From Tepidisphaera sp. (GTDB taxonomy: Bacteria; Planctomycetota; Phycisphaerae; Phycisphaerales; UBA1924): a stretch of 64,000 nucleotides of DNA. Positions 40,142-49,592 of the stretch are shown in pieces; the first letter of the stretch is position 1; every line of letters starts with the position of its first letter. A model generated the notes under the pieces. That model searched no databases and was not told the DNA's origin. It saw nothing but the letters and a program-made list of their open reading frames with translations. The stretch covers positions 256,001 to 320,000 of the forward strand of contig CP051526.1 of NCBI GenBank assembly GCA_050916045.1, read 5' to 3'. A program made the position numbers and the translations under genes.

Positions 40142-41353
40142 TCATTTTACAAGAATCAGCGGCTGGCGAAGCACCACGCGATCCTGAATCGCCCCGTTCT
40201 CGGCCGGATCAAGCGTCATCCGAAGCGGCCCGCCCCCCGCCAAAAGCTCCATGTTCAGGTCCGCCTCCGGCGTCTCCCCGTTCAGCCGTACGCGAGCAAG
40301 CTCCTTGCCCCCGATCCCCTTCACGCCCGTCTGCTCCACAACCAGCACACAATCGCCCCACACGCGGCACGCCGCCGGAAGCACCGCCCGCATCGAGATC
40401 CGCTCCGCCCCCTCGGGAAGCGACCACGTCACCACCATCGGCGCCGGAAGCGTCACGTCCGCCGCTCCCAGCGGCACCCCGATGTCGCCCACCTCGATCG
40501 GGTCCGCGACCGACCGCGTTCCGTAAGGCTCCGTCGTCGCGGGCGCGAATCCCGCAAGCGGCAGCACCGCCCCTGCGTTCTCCACAAACCCCACGATCTC
40601 CTCCGTCGGGAAAAGCAGTTCCTTCCCGTCCCGCACGATCGTCGTGTCCGCCGCCGTCCCCGCGATCTTCGTCACGCGAAGCGTCTCCCCCGTCGCAAGC
40701 CAGATCATCGTCCCCGCCAAAGCCTTCCGCGGATTGCTGAACTCCACCCGCGACACCCGCTCGATCGGAAGCGTCCGCTTCTTCTTCTCAACCTCAAGCT
40801 CAAGCGTCGCACCCGCATCACCCGCGCCGCCCACGCTCTCCACAAACCCGCGAAGCCTGTCGCCATTCACAAGCCGGACCACATCCTCCCCAGGCGCTGC
40901 CGCTGGCGGCGAATCCTCAAGCGGAAGCAGATCCACCGCCGCCAGATCGTCAAGCTTGAACGCAACGTCCCCGAACCGCCGCGACTGCCAGACCACCGTC
41001 TCCCCCGCATCCTTCCCTTCGCCCGCCGGGCCCAGCGACCCTAGAAGCGTCTCCCCCCGGACCGTCACAAGCTTCGTCTCGCCCACCGAACCCGATCCCA
41101 CGCCCTCCCCCGGACCGTCCGGAAGCACCGCCACCACGTCGCGGCGAAGCACCGTCGAAGCCTTCCCACGCGGGCCCACCACCTGCACCTGCTCCGCCCC
41201 GATCGAAAGCAAGCGGACCGGGCGACGCGTCAGATCCTTCATCACAAGCACCCGCGGGACCCCCGTCGGTGCTTTCGGCTTGGCCGCCTGCTCGCCGCCC
41301 GGCTGACCCGTCAGCAAAGCTCCGATCGCCAGAATGACAACGGTGCTGTTCAT
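40142..41353 (-). CDS. Secreted beta-rich hypothetical protein (NPCBM-like C-terminus), last gene of operon
   Basis: Signal peptide; DVVRLVNGDRLRG repeat-type motif; ATGA overlap. Confidence 0.7.
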   Translation of the reverse strand: MNSTVVILAIGALLTGQPGGEQAAKPKAPTGVPRVLVMKDLTRRPVRLLSIGAEQVQVVGPRGKASTVLRRDVVAVLPDGPGEGVGSGSVGETKLVTVRGETLLGSLGPAGEGKDAGETVVWQSRRFGDVAFKLDDLAAVDLLPLEDSPPAAAPGEDVVRLVNGDRLRGFVESVGGAGDAGATLELEVEKKKRTLPIERVSRVEFSNPRKALAGTMIWLATGETLRVTKIAGTAADTTIVRDGKELLFPTEEIVGFVENAGAVLPLAGFAPATTEPYGTRSVADPIEVGDIGVPLGAADVTLPAPMVVTWSLPEGAERISMRAVLPAACRVWGDCVLVVEQTGVKGIGGKELARVRLNGETPEADLNMELLAGGGPLRMTLDPAENGAIQDRVVLRQPLILVK

Positions 41354-42585
41354 CGTTGGAAGATCGGCAGATATCGCTTGGGCATCTGAAGAATGATGAG
41401 GGCCATCGCCGTTCCGTACTGCGGACCCACCTGCGAATCATCCCACGACCCGTCCGCTTTCTGCTTGCTCAGCAGGTCCTCGCGGATCAGCGGCCACCAT
41501 GTCGCCCACCATTCGCCGCCCGCCAGATACATCGCCTGCACCGCGTAGTAGTGCCCGTAGTAGAAGTGCCGCGCGCCCGCGTTCCCGCTCATCCGAAGCG
41601 GCGATCCGTACCGCGACAGGTACCGCAAGCCGTCTCGCACCGCCTGATCGTCGTACACGCCCGCGTACTGCAAGCTCGCCACGCCCGCTGCAGAACGCTC
41701 CCACGCGCTCGGAGGCTGCTGCGCCTGATAACGGAACCCTCCGTCGTCGTTCTGAAGCCGCTTCACATACGCCACCGCCCGATCAATCACTTCCTTGGGC
41801 ACCTCAAGGCCGGCGTTGCGAGCCGACCGAAGCGCCATGATCTGACAGATCGTCACCGACGTGTCCGCGTCGTTCGGAACCGGGTAGTACCGCCACCCGC
41901 CCTCTTCGTTCTGGCACCCCGAGATCAGCCGCGAAGCCCGCACCAACGCCTCGTGAAGCCGCTGCGACTGCGGCGTTTCCCCGCCCCCGGCGCTCATCCC
42001 GTACACCTCGCCCAGAAACAAAGCCGCGAACCCGTGCCCGTACATCGGCGCCGGCCCCGAATCCGACGAGATCAGCCCGCTGTCCGCACAGTTCCGAAGC
42101 ACGTACTCCAGCGACCTCGTCACCACATCCCCGTACGCCCCGCGGTCCGGCAGATGCCCGTCCGACATGAACGCCAGCCCCGAAATCGCCGTGATCGCCA
42201 CCGACGGGCCCCATTGACGCTGATCCCCGAACGAGCCGTCGTTGTTCTGCTTGGACGCAAGCCAGCGAAGGCCGCGAGAGACCGCCGCTTCCATCTCCGG
42301 CGTCATCTCGTCCACCAGCGCGTTGTTCTCCGCGCCGCGGGTCTTGTCCTCCGGAGATCCCTCGCCGCGCGGGGCCTCAGGTTGCGCCACCGGGGCAGGG
42401 TCGGGCACGGCGGGCTGTTCGGGCTGGTCCTGCCGCGCAGAATTCTCTCCCGCCCGCGCGCCGCCCATCTCCGGCAGCACCGCGGCGCACGCCGCTCCCG
42501 CCGCCAGCGCCGCCGCGAGCCACGCCCGAGTTCTCGTCCGAGTTCCTGCCCGAGTTCCTCCCCGAGTTCTCGCCTGCTCACTCAC
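41350..42585 (-). CDS. Prenyltransferase/squalene-oxidase repeat (alpha-alpha toroid) protein
   Basis: QW-like repeats QNNDGSF, QNEEGGW, QNDDGGF, QKADGSW; MYGHG, YYGHYY. Confidence 0.88.
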   Translation of the reverse strand: MSEQARTRGGTRAGTRTRTRAWLAAALAAGAACAAVLPEMGGARAGENSARQDQPEQPAVPDPAPVAQPEAPRGEGSPEDKTRGAENNALVDEMTPEMEAAVSRGLRWLASKQNNDGSFGDQRQWGPSVAITAISGLAFMSDGHLPDRGAYGDVVTRSLEYVLRNCADSGLISSDSGPAPMYGHGFAALFLGEVYGMSAGGGETPQSQRLHEALVRASRLISGCQNEEGGWRYYPVPNDADTSVTICQIMALRSARNAGLEVPKEVIDRAVAYVKRLQNDDGGFRYQAQQPPSAWERSAAGVASLQYAGVYDDQAVRDGLRYLSRYGSPLRMSGNAGARHFYYGHYYAVQAMYLAGGEWWATWWPLIREDLLSKQKADGSWDDSQVGPQYGTAMALIILQMPKRYLPIFQR

Positions 42586-43306
42586 GCTTGCGCTCCTCCG
42601 CCAGCCGCTTGTAGTACGCCTCGGTCATCCGGCGGTACATCGAGCTGAACGTATCCCCGTACCCCTGCATCAGTTGCTCACGCGTCTTCGGCGGAAGGTT
42701 GCCCCAGGTCGCCGACCCGGAAAGCGTCGGCTTGAGCGTGCCGTCAGGGTTCGTGTTCGCCGCGTCCCGCTTGTCACCGCTCGCGTCACCCGTCCGCTGC
42801 TGGTTCGCCCCCGACTGCTGACGCTGCTGCTGTTGCTGCTGCTGAGCGTTCTGCGGGTTGTTCTGCTCGTTCTGCTGCTGTTGTTGTTGCTGCTGCTGCT
42901 GTTGCTGTTGTTGTTGCTGTTGCTGTTGCTGCTGGCGTTTGGCGTCTTCGATGATCTTGTCGAGCTTCTGCAGGATCTCCTCCTGCACCCGCTGCGTCTC
43001 GACACCCACATCCTTCGCGTCCGTCACCCGCGCCGCTGCATCGCCCATCAGCTTGACCGCCTGCGCGATCTGGTCCTGAAGCTGCTCCGGCGAAAGCTGT
43101 TCCTCCAGCGCCGTCTGGTCCCGCGTCGGCGCGTTGCCAGCCGTCTCACCAGGCTTGGCCAAACCGAGCACCTCATCAAGCGACGGAAGCCGCGTTGCCG
43201 GCTGCACCGCTTTCGGCGGTTCCGCCGCGGGCAGCGCGGGCGCCGCGCCGGGCTGCGCCTTCGCCAGCCCCACGCACGCCACCATGATCATCGCCGCACG
43301 AATCAT
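42578..43306 (-). CDS. Secreted Gln-rich hypothetical protein
   Basis: Signal peptide; polyQ; WGNLPPKTREQL...YYKRLAE tail. Confidence 0.8.
   Translation of the reverse strand: MIRAAMIMVACVGLAKAQPGAAPALPAAEPPKAVQPATRLPSLDEVLGLAKPGETAGNAPTRDQTALEEQLSPEQLQDQIAQAVKLMGDAAARVTDAKDVGVETQRVQEEILQKLDKIIEDAKRQQQQQQQQQQQQQQQQQQQQQNEQNNPQNAQQQQQQQRQQSGANQQRTGDASGDKRDAANTNPDGTLKPTLSGSATWGNLPPKTREQLMQGYGDTFSSMYRRMTEAYYKRLAEERKRE
42872..42934 (-). repeat. CAG/CAA trinucleotide tract encoding Q21
   Basis: Mixed ctg/ttg triplets on the + strand. Confidence 0.9.
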
Positions 43307-46300
43307 GAACCACCTCCCGGCTCGCGCTGCGGAGCCCCGCCCGGCCGCGCACCAGGCTGTTGTCCCGGCTGCTGGTTCAAAAGCTCCACGACCTTTTTGC
43401 CAAGCTCCGCCAGGTCCCGCTGAAGCTCGCCGATCGCTTCGACCTCCGCCGGGTCGGGCGCCGCCGCAGTCTCGCGCGTCCGACGCGCCGCTTCGATCTG
43501 CATCTCCTTCAGCACCAGAAGCTCCGCCACCGGCGGGATCACGCCCTGCTCCTGTTGCTGCTGCTGACCCTGCTGCCCCCCGGCCTGCTGCTGCCCGCCC
43601 TGCTGCTGACGGAACTCGTTCTTCGGCGGCTCACCCTGCTTGAGCGCGTTGAGCAGCGACCGAAGCACATCCACCGCCTCGGTCTGCTGCCGCGCCACCT
43701 TCGTCGGTGCCTCGCCCGCTTCAAGCGTCGTCGCCGCGCCGTTCGTCGCACGCTCCAGCCGCTGGTGCGCAAACTCGAACATCGTCGAGTTCGAAAGCCC
43801 CTCGGTCGACGTCCGCAGTGCCCGAAGCTGATCCCGAACCTCCGTCTGCCGCCCGCCCAGCGACTTGATCGTGTTCCGCTCCCGCCGACCGATCTCCTTG
43901 CCCACCAGCGGCAGCGAATCCTCCCGCAGCTTCTCCTGCGTCGCCAGGATCCGCGCATACTCGCCGCGAAGCTCCGCCCGTTTGCGCGTCTGATCCCGCT
44001 CGCGAGCCTGCTCCTGCTGCGCCGCCGCCAGATCCCGCGCCTCCCCAAGCCGCTTGAGGCTCATCCGCTCCTGCTCGTCCGCCGTCGCCAGATCAACCGG
44101 ATCCCCCAAGCTCGTCACCGCCGCATCCTGATGCTCCGCCGCCGCGTCCAGCCGCGCCACGATCTCCGCCGCTTCCCGCGCCTCATTCGAGTCAATCACC
44201 CCGAGCGTGTTCCCGTGAAGCGTCCGCATCCCCGTCGCAAGCGACCCCGCCGGCGTCTCATCGGTCACGTTCGCCAGCGCCGCAAGCTGACGCTCCTGAA
44301 GCGTGATCAGCCCCTCAATCGACGCTTTCAGATCCGCGAGCATCCGCTGCAGCGCCTCGTCGCGACGCTGCTGCGCCCGGTCGAGCTCCTGAAGCATGTC
44401 CTCGAGCGTTTCCGCCGCTTGCTCCTGATTCTGCTCCGCCCGCCCCGACTGGTTCTCGCGCGTCTGCTTCGCGGCTTCCTGCATCCGTTCCGAAAGCTGC
44501 TCGCGAAGGGCCTGGTCCGCCGCCCGCTTCATCGCTTCCGCCAGCGCCGGATCCGTCGGCTTGAGACGCTCAGCGCGCTCCGCCAGATCCTCGGCCGCCT
44601 GGCGCGCCTTGCGAGCAAGATCCTCCTGAGCCCGCGCCAACTGCTCAAGATCCGACCGCTCCTGGGCGCTCAGTTCCTCCGCGGTCTTGCCCTCGGTCTG
44701 GGCACCGACCCTTTTCGCCTGCTCGATCAGGTCACGCTGCTCCGTGAGCATCCGGTCGACCGACTGCCGCGCCGCCCACCCGTCACGCCCCTGCGTCAGC
44801 AGGTCGTTCAGCTTGCCCATCGACTCGCGGACGTCATCCTGCTCCTTCTTGATCTCCTCGGCGTCCTGCGGCGAAACCGGCGATTCCGCCGGAGTCTCCC
44901 CCGCCCGCTCCACGCCCTCCGAAGCACGCTCCGCCGCTTCCGCCGCCCGCTCCACAAGCTCCGAAGCCTGTTCCACCAGCGACCGAAGCGCCTGGTCCGA
45001 AAGCCCGTTCCGCTCCGCCCGCTTCCCCGCCCGCTCCAACATCTCCTGCGCCGGGTTCAGCCGATCCGCGATCTCCCGCTGTTCCCGGGCGATCTCCCGC
45101 GCCTTGGCACGTTCCTTCCCCTCCGGGTCCGCCGCCGTCGCTTTCCGCGTCCGGTCGCTAATCGACACCTGGTCCTGATCGATCCGCTCCGCGACCGACT
45201 TCAGCGCCGCAAGCTCATCCAGGATCTGCTCCGCAAGCTGCGCCTCGCTGATGATCCGAAGCTTGCGCGGTGTCGACCGCACCGCCCCGTGCCCCGTCCC
45301 GTCCCCCGCGTCATACCCGTCCGTCGCCACCGCCGTCACCCACACCTCATCGCCAGGCAGAAGCGTCATCTCCCCGAGATTGATCTCCGCTCTCACCATC
45401 GCGACGGGCCGCGCCGGCACACCTTCCTTCGGCTCGGGAATTGCGGGCTTGACAACCTCCGCGAGCACCGCGGGCGTCCCGATCGGCTCGGGCGCCGCTC
45501 CGGCGGAGCCCGCCGGCGGCGAATGACGCTGCGCATCCAGCATCAGCTTCGCAAGCCGCACATCGTCACGCCCCTCGCCCGTCAGCGGCAGAACCGCCGA
45601 CGCCAGCACATCCTCATCCGAAGCCGGCTCGACCACCGTCGCTCCCGGAGGCGCATCCGCCGCCACCGTCACCGCGACCGACGTGCTCTCCGCCGCCGGA
45701 ATGTCGAACGCATCAATCGGACGGATCGAAAGATCCTGAGTCGCGCCCGCCGTCCACGTGAGCGTCCACCGATCGGGCGAAAGCGCCCACACCGCTGCCT
45801 CGGGCAGCTTCGTCGTGCCCAGCGTTGCCGCGATCCAGGCTTCCTGCGTCAACGCGGCCCCGTTCGCCGCTTTCGGCTCCGCCGCTCCCGGCGTCGGTAC
45901 GGGCTTGTTCAGTTCCGCCGTCAGCGTCACCGTCGAACCCGCGAGCACCGGTCCGAGCGTCCCGCGCCGCTCCGCATCCAGCGACACTTCCGACTCGCCC
46001 GAAGCCACCACCGACGAATCCTGCGCATACTTCGGCGGCGTCACCATCGCGCTCACCCGCGTGATCCGTGGACGCTCCACAAGCGTGATCCGTTCGATCG
46101 CCGTCTCGTCATCGCGCGTTTTGAACCAGAACTCAAGCACCCGCGTCCGCGTGTCCCGCTCGCCCTTCTCTTCCCCGCTCACGCCCGCCGCAAGCCGGAG
46201 AGCATCCCGCGACAGCGCCGCTTCGTACGCGTCCGCTTCCGTCGCTCCCTCCGCCCCCTTCACCGGATTGAGCAGAATCCGCGTCTCCGGCCCCGGCACG

Positions 46301-47082
46301 CCGTCCACCGTGAACCGGTACACCGCCGTCACGTCCGTCCGTCCCGCGCGCTGGTTCGACCGAGTCACCACCGCCCGAAGATTGAGCGGCGTGTCCAGCG
46401 GATGTGCCGCCGCCGCCGTCGCGCTCAGCACCGCCGTCCGCTTCGGCCACGAAGCATCCGTCCACGGTGTAAGCGTCCGCGACAGCCCGATCTTGGCGTA
46501 CTGCGGCACCAGCCAGAACGCGGCGAGCACCGGAATCAGCGAAAGAGCCAGACCCGCCATGCCCCGCTGCGCCCGCGCACTCGTCAAAAGTGTCGCGCCC
46601 GACACGTTGATCGCGTTGAACCGCGACAACGAGTCCGCAACCAGCGCCCGCGACATCTCCTCCGATTGCCCCGCCGTCTTCCCAGACCCGAGCTCGAGCG
46701 CCGAAGCCAGCCGGCCCGACAGACCCAGCCGCTTGGCTTCCTCGCTGTGCTCGACCCGCAGTGCCACCTCCACCAGACTCGGCCGGAACCGCCAAGCGGG
46801 CAGCACCACCCGCGCCACACCCGCCACCAGCACGCCCACGCCGCCCACCCACATCACCCCGCGGAGCGCCACCGGCAGACGGAACAGAAAATCAATCAGC
46901 ACCGCCCCGATCACCGCAAGCACACCCGCCGCCAGCAGCGCCGCTCCGCGCTCGACCACCAGCCGGCGCCGCGCCGCCCCTCGAAGCCGCTCCATCGCCC
47001 GCGCAATCGCCCCGGAATCAGGAACGGGGCCCGGTTTCCCCGCGCCCGCCATCGACTCGATCTGGTCTTCTCGGTCGCTCAT
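43303..47082 (-). CDS. Large membrane-anchored coiled-coil protein (DUF4175-like), 1259 aa
   Basis: Three N-terminal TMs, RLASALEL, Ig-like beta region (RDDVRL), long Q/E/A-rich helical tail. Confidence 0.8.
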   Translation of the reverse strand: MSDREDQIESMAGAGKPGPVPDSGAIARAMERLRGAARRRLVVERGAALLAAGVLAVIGAVLIDFLFRLPVALRGVMWVGGVGVLVAGVARVVLPAWRFRPSLVEVALRVEHSEEAKRLGLSGRLASALELGSGKTAGQSEEMSRALVADSLSRFNAINVSGATLLTSARAQRGMAGLALSLIPVLAAFWLVPQYAKIGLSRTLTPWTDASWPKRTAVLSATAAAAHPLDTPLNLRAVVTRSNQRAGRTDVTAVYRFTVDGVPGPETRILLNPVKGAEGATEADAYEAALSRDALRLAAGVSGEEKGERDTRTRVLEFWFKTRDDETAIERITLVERPRITRVSAMVTPPKYAQDSSVVASGESEVSLDAERRGTLGPVLAGSTVTLTAELNKPVPTPGAAEPKAANGAALTQEAWIAATLGTTKLPEAAVWALSPDRWTLTWTAGATQDLSIRPIDAFDIPAAESTSVAVTVAADAPPGATVVEPASDEDVLASAVLPLTGEGRDDVRLAKLMLDAQRHSPPAGSAGAAPEPIGTPAVLAEVVKPAIPEPKEGVPARPVAMVRAEINLGEMTLLPGDEVWVTAVATDGYDAGDGTGHGAVRSTPRKLRIISEAQLAEQILDELAALKSVAERIDQDQVSISDRTRKATAADPEGKERAKAREIAREQREIADRLNPAQEMLERAGKRAERNGLSDQALRSLVEQASELVERAAEAAERASEGVERAGETPAESPVSPQDAEEIKKEQDDVRESMGKLNDLLTQGRDGWAARQSVDRMLTEQRDLIEQAKRVGAQTEGKTAEELSAQERSDLEQLARAQEDLARKARQAAEDLAERAERLKPTDPALAEAMKRAADQALREQLSERMQEAAKQTRENQSGRAEQNQEQAAETLEDMLQELDRAQQRRDEALQRMLADLKASIEGLITLQERQLAALANVTDETPAGSLATGMRTLHGNTLGVIDSNEAREAAEIVARLDAAAEHQDAAVTSLGDPVDLATADEQERMSLKRLGEARDLAAAQQEQARERDQTRKRAELRGEYARILATQEKLREDSLPLVGKEIGRRERNTIKSLGGRQTEVRDQLRALRTSTEGLSNSTMFEFAHQRLERATNGAATTLEAGEAPTKVARQQTEAVDVLRSLLNALKQGEPPKNEFRQQQGGQQQAGGQQGQQQQQEQGVIPPVAELLVLKEMQIEAARRTRETAAAPDPAEVEAIGELQRDLAELGKKVVELLNQQPGQQPGARPGGAPQREPGGGS

Positions 47083-47198
47083 CGGCGTGTCGCTTCCCTC
47101 GAGCCATCCGTCACATGCTCATCCCCTGCATCGACCCCCCGCACGACCCTTCTTGACACCTGACTTTACGGAGCGCCCCCTCCAAGGGTGCGGTTCAA

Positions 47199-49592
47199 TC
47201 ACGGAAGGCGAATCACCCGCCGGCCCACCCACTCCATCGCCAGAATAACCATGAGCAGGACCCAAACAAACGGCTTGTCCCAAAGCGTCTCGATCGTCGG
47301 CGCTCCCACCAGCCGGATCTGCCGGTCCGGAAGCTGCGACAACGCCTCCGACAGTTTCTCCGGCTCCACCACCCGCCCGCCCGTCTGCGAAGCGATCTGC
47401 CCCATCAACGCGTGGTCCGTCTGCGGCGACCGAAGCTCATCATCCGGATACGCCACCACCACCTCCTGACCAGGCAGCCCCGGCGGCAGCAGCGGATCAT
47501 CGATCGTCAGCGTGTACGTCCCCGGTTCGGTCGGAAGCCACGTCACCGCGAACACATTCGGAGCCTCCCCGCCGCCCGCCGTGTCCGCTTGCGGACTCAG
47601 CACCAGCCCCAGGTCCCCCGACGTCGGCGCCACTCCGTCCGCCGCCGCTTTCGGCCTTGCCCTCACCCGCACACTCGACGGCCGAGCATCCAGCAGCGAC
47701 TGATCCACAAGCCGCACCGACACCTGCACAGGCCGATCCACCTGCGCCCTCGGCGGCGAAGCCGTCAGCACCGCAGGCTGCCCCGACGTCTCAAGCCCCT
47801 GCCGCGCCAGCATCCGGATGATCGGAAGCCAGAACCGCTCCGGAAGCGTCTCGCCCCGCCCGTAACGCCACCGCCAGATCTCATCCGTCGCCACGTACAC
47901 CACCCGCCCGGCACCGTACCGCATCGTCACCACCAGCGGCTCGCCCGTGCCCGCCCCCGTATCCGCCGACAACTTCGAAAGCGGCGTCGCCGTCGCGATC
48001 ACCTCCGCCGCCGGCTTCAGACGCTGCGCATCAATCCGCTGCGCCAGCCGCAGCGCCGTCCATCCCGCGTCAGGGCTCCGAAGCACCGCCGGCCAGCTCT
48101 CCTTCGGATCATCCGCAAGCCGCAGCAGGCCCAGCCGATCCGCGACCTCCGTCGGATTCATGATCACCGGCTCAAGCCACGCCGACACCGGTGCCGCCGA
48201 GTCCCCCGCCCCAAGCGTGAACGGAATCAGATCCGCCGCCGGGCTTCCGCGCCACGCATTCGGCATCGGCCCCGGTCCGCCGATCATCAGCACCCCGCCA
48301 CCGTTCTTCGACACATGGTCACGGAGCATCGTCAGCTGGTCCCGGCTGAACATCTCCGGACGCAGATCCCCCAGAATCACCACGTCAAACTGCCGCCACT
48401 CCTGCGGAGTCCGCGGCAGGAACAAAAGCGGGTTCGACCCCTCCTGAATGAACTTCCGCTGCGCCGCCAGGAGCGAGATCGACGAGTTGATCGTCCGCTC
48501 CCGCACCAGCAGGTTCTTCAGGTACCGGTACTCCCAGCGCGGATACCCGTCGAAGTACGCGACGCGAAGCGGGCGATCAATCAGCGAGATCGCCACCTCC
48601 GCGCTGTCGTTCCCAGGAACGATGTCCGGCTCGGGCCCCACGATCTTCACAACCCACGTCGCCGACCCCGGTTTGCTCGGCTTGGACGTCAGCACGACCC
48701 GCGCTTCGTCGCCGCTCTCCACGAACTCCACGGGCTGCTCGTCAAGCGTCGCCCCCGTCGCCGAGTCAATCAGCCGCACCTTGATGTCACGCGGCCTTTC
48801 CCCCTGCGACCGCGAAACCGTCACGCTCACCGGCACCGTGTCGTTCACGAACGCCGCCGATGGCGCCTCCGTCCGCTCCACCGAAAGGTCCGCCTGCGCC
48901 GTCGCGTTCCCGAGCGCCACCGCAAGCACCGGGATCTGCCGCCCCTTCAGCTGCGCGAGCAGGTCCTCCGACGGTGGCGTCGTCGTCCGCCCGTCCGACA
49001 GAAGCACCATCCCCGCCACAGGCCGCGCCGCCGTCAGCCGCGCCGCTTGCGACAACGCGCTCGAAAGATCCGTCGCCCGACCGCTCGCCGCCGGCAACTC
49101 GGGCCGCGCCCGATCCGCCGGTGCCCGAAGCGTCGAGGCTCCCGCATCAAACGTCAGCCACAAAAGCTTGCGATCCCGCGCCGCCGCTTCCCACGCCTGA
49201 TCAGCCCCCGCGAGCGCCGCTCTCAACTGCTCATCCCGCGTCCGCGTCACCCCGCCCGGCCCGGGAGCATCCCGAACCATCATCGACGCCGAACGGTCCG
49301 CAAGCACCACCACCCAGTCCCGCTCCACCGTCTGATTCTGCTTCGCAAGCCGCGGCCCCGAGAGAAGCACCGCGATCACCACCAAAAGCAGCCCGCGAAG
49401 CCCCGCCAGGATCCCCCTCGGCCACCGCGGACCATCAAGCTTCCGGTACGACCACGCACTCAAAATCCCCGCCGCCAGCACGATCAAAAGCCAGCCCCAC
49501 GCCGGCACCGGACGCGTCCAATCCAGCGTCACATCCGGATCGCCCAGCTTGAGCGCATCAAATCCGAACATCTTGTTCAGGAATTCCGTCAC
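47199..49592 (-). CDS. Membrane protein with vWA-like (DRSASM) and class I GATase-like domains
   Basis: DRSASM, LLSDG, YPRWEYRYLKNLL, DVVILGD, GGGVLMIGG, GAGRV, WRWR, C-terminal EWVGRR. Confidence 0.85.
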   Translation of the reverse strand: MTEFLNKMFGFDALKLGDPDVTLDWTRPVPAWGWLLIVLAAGILSAWSYRKLDGPRWPRGILAGLRGLLLVVIAVLLSGPRLAKQNQTVERDWVVVLADRSASMMVRDAPGPGGVTRTRDEQLRAALAGADQAWEAAARDRKLLWLTFDAGASTLRAPADRARPELPAASGRATDLSSALSQAARLTAARPVAGMVLLSDGRTTTPPSEDLLAQLKGRQIPVLAVALGNATAQADLSVERTEAPSAAFVNDTVPVSVTVSRSQGERPRDIKVRLIDSATGATLDEQPVEFVESGDEARVVLTSKPSKPGSATWVVKIVGPEPDIVPGNDSAEVAISLIDRPLRVAYFDGYPRWEYRYLKNLLVRERTINSSISLLAAQRKFIQEGSNPLLFLPRTPQEWRQFDVVILGDLRPEMFSRDQLTMLRDHVSKNGGGVLMIGGPGPMPNAWRGSPAADLIPFTLGAGDSAAPVSAWLEPVIMNPTEVADRLGLLRLADDPKESWPAVLRSPDAGWTALRLAQRIDAQRLKPAAEVIATATPLSKLSADTGAGTGEPLVVTMRYGAGRVVYVATDEIWRWRYGRGETLPERFWLPIIRMLARQGLETSGQPAVLTASPPRAQVDRPVQVSVRLVDQSLLDARPSSVRVRARPKAAADGVAPTSGDLGLVLSPQADTAGGGEAPNVFAVTWLPTEPGTYTLTIDDPLLPPGLPGQEVVVAYPDDELRSPQTDHALMGQIASQTGGRVVEPEKLSEALSQLPDRQIRLVGAPTIETLWDKPFVWVLLMVILAMEWVGRRVIRLP

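Noticed and set aside
41350..42585. Squalene-hopene cyclase
   Set aside because: Single toroid of about 410 aa with an export-like N-terminus and no DXDD motif
42858..43079. Poly-cysteine ORF on the + strand
   Set aside because: It is the antisense shadow of the polyQ tract
47152..47157. Perfect TTGACA -35 element on the + strand
   Set aside because: No -10 box at 16-18 nt, and it points antisense to the operon
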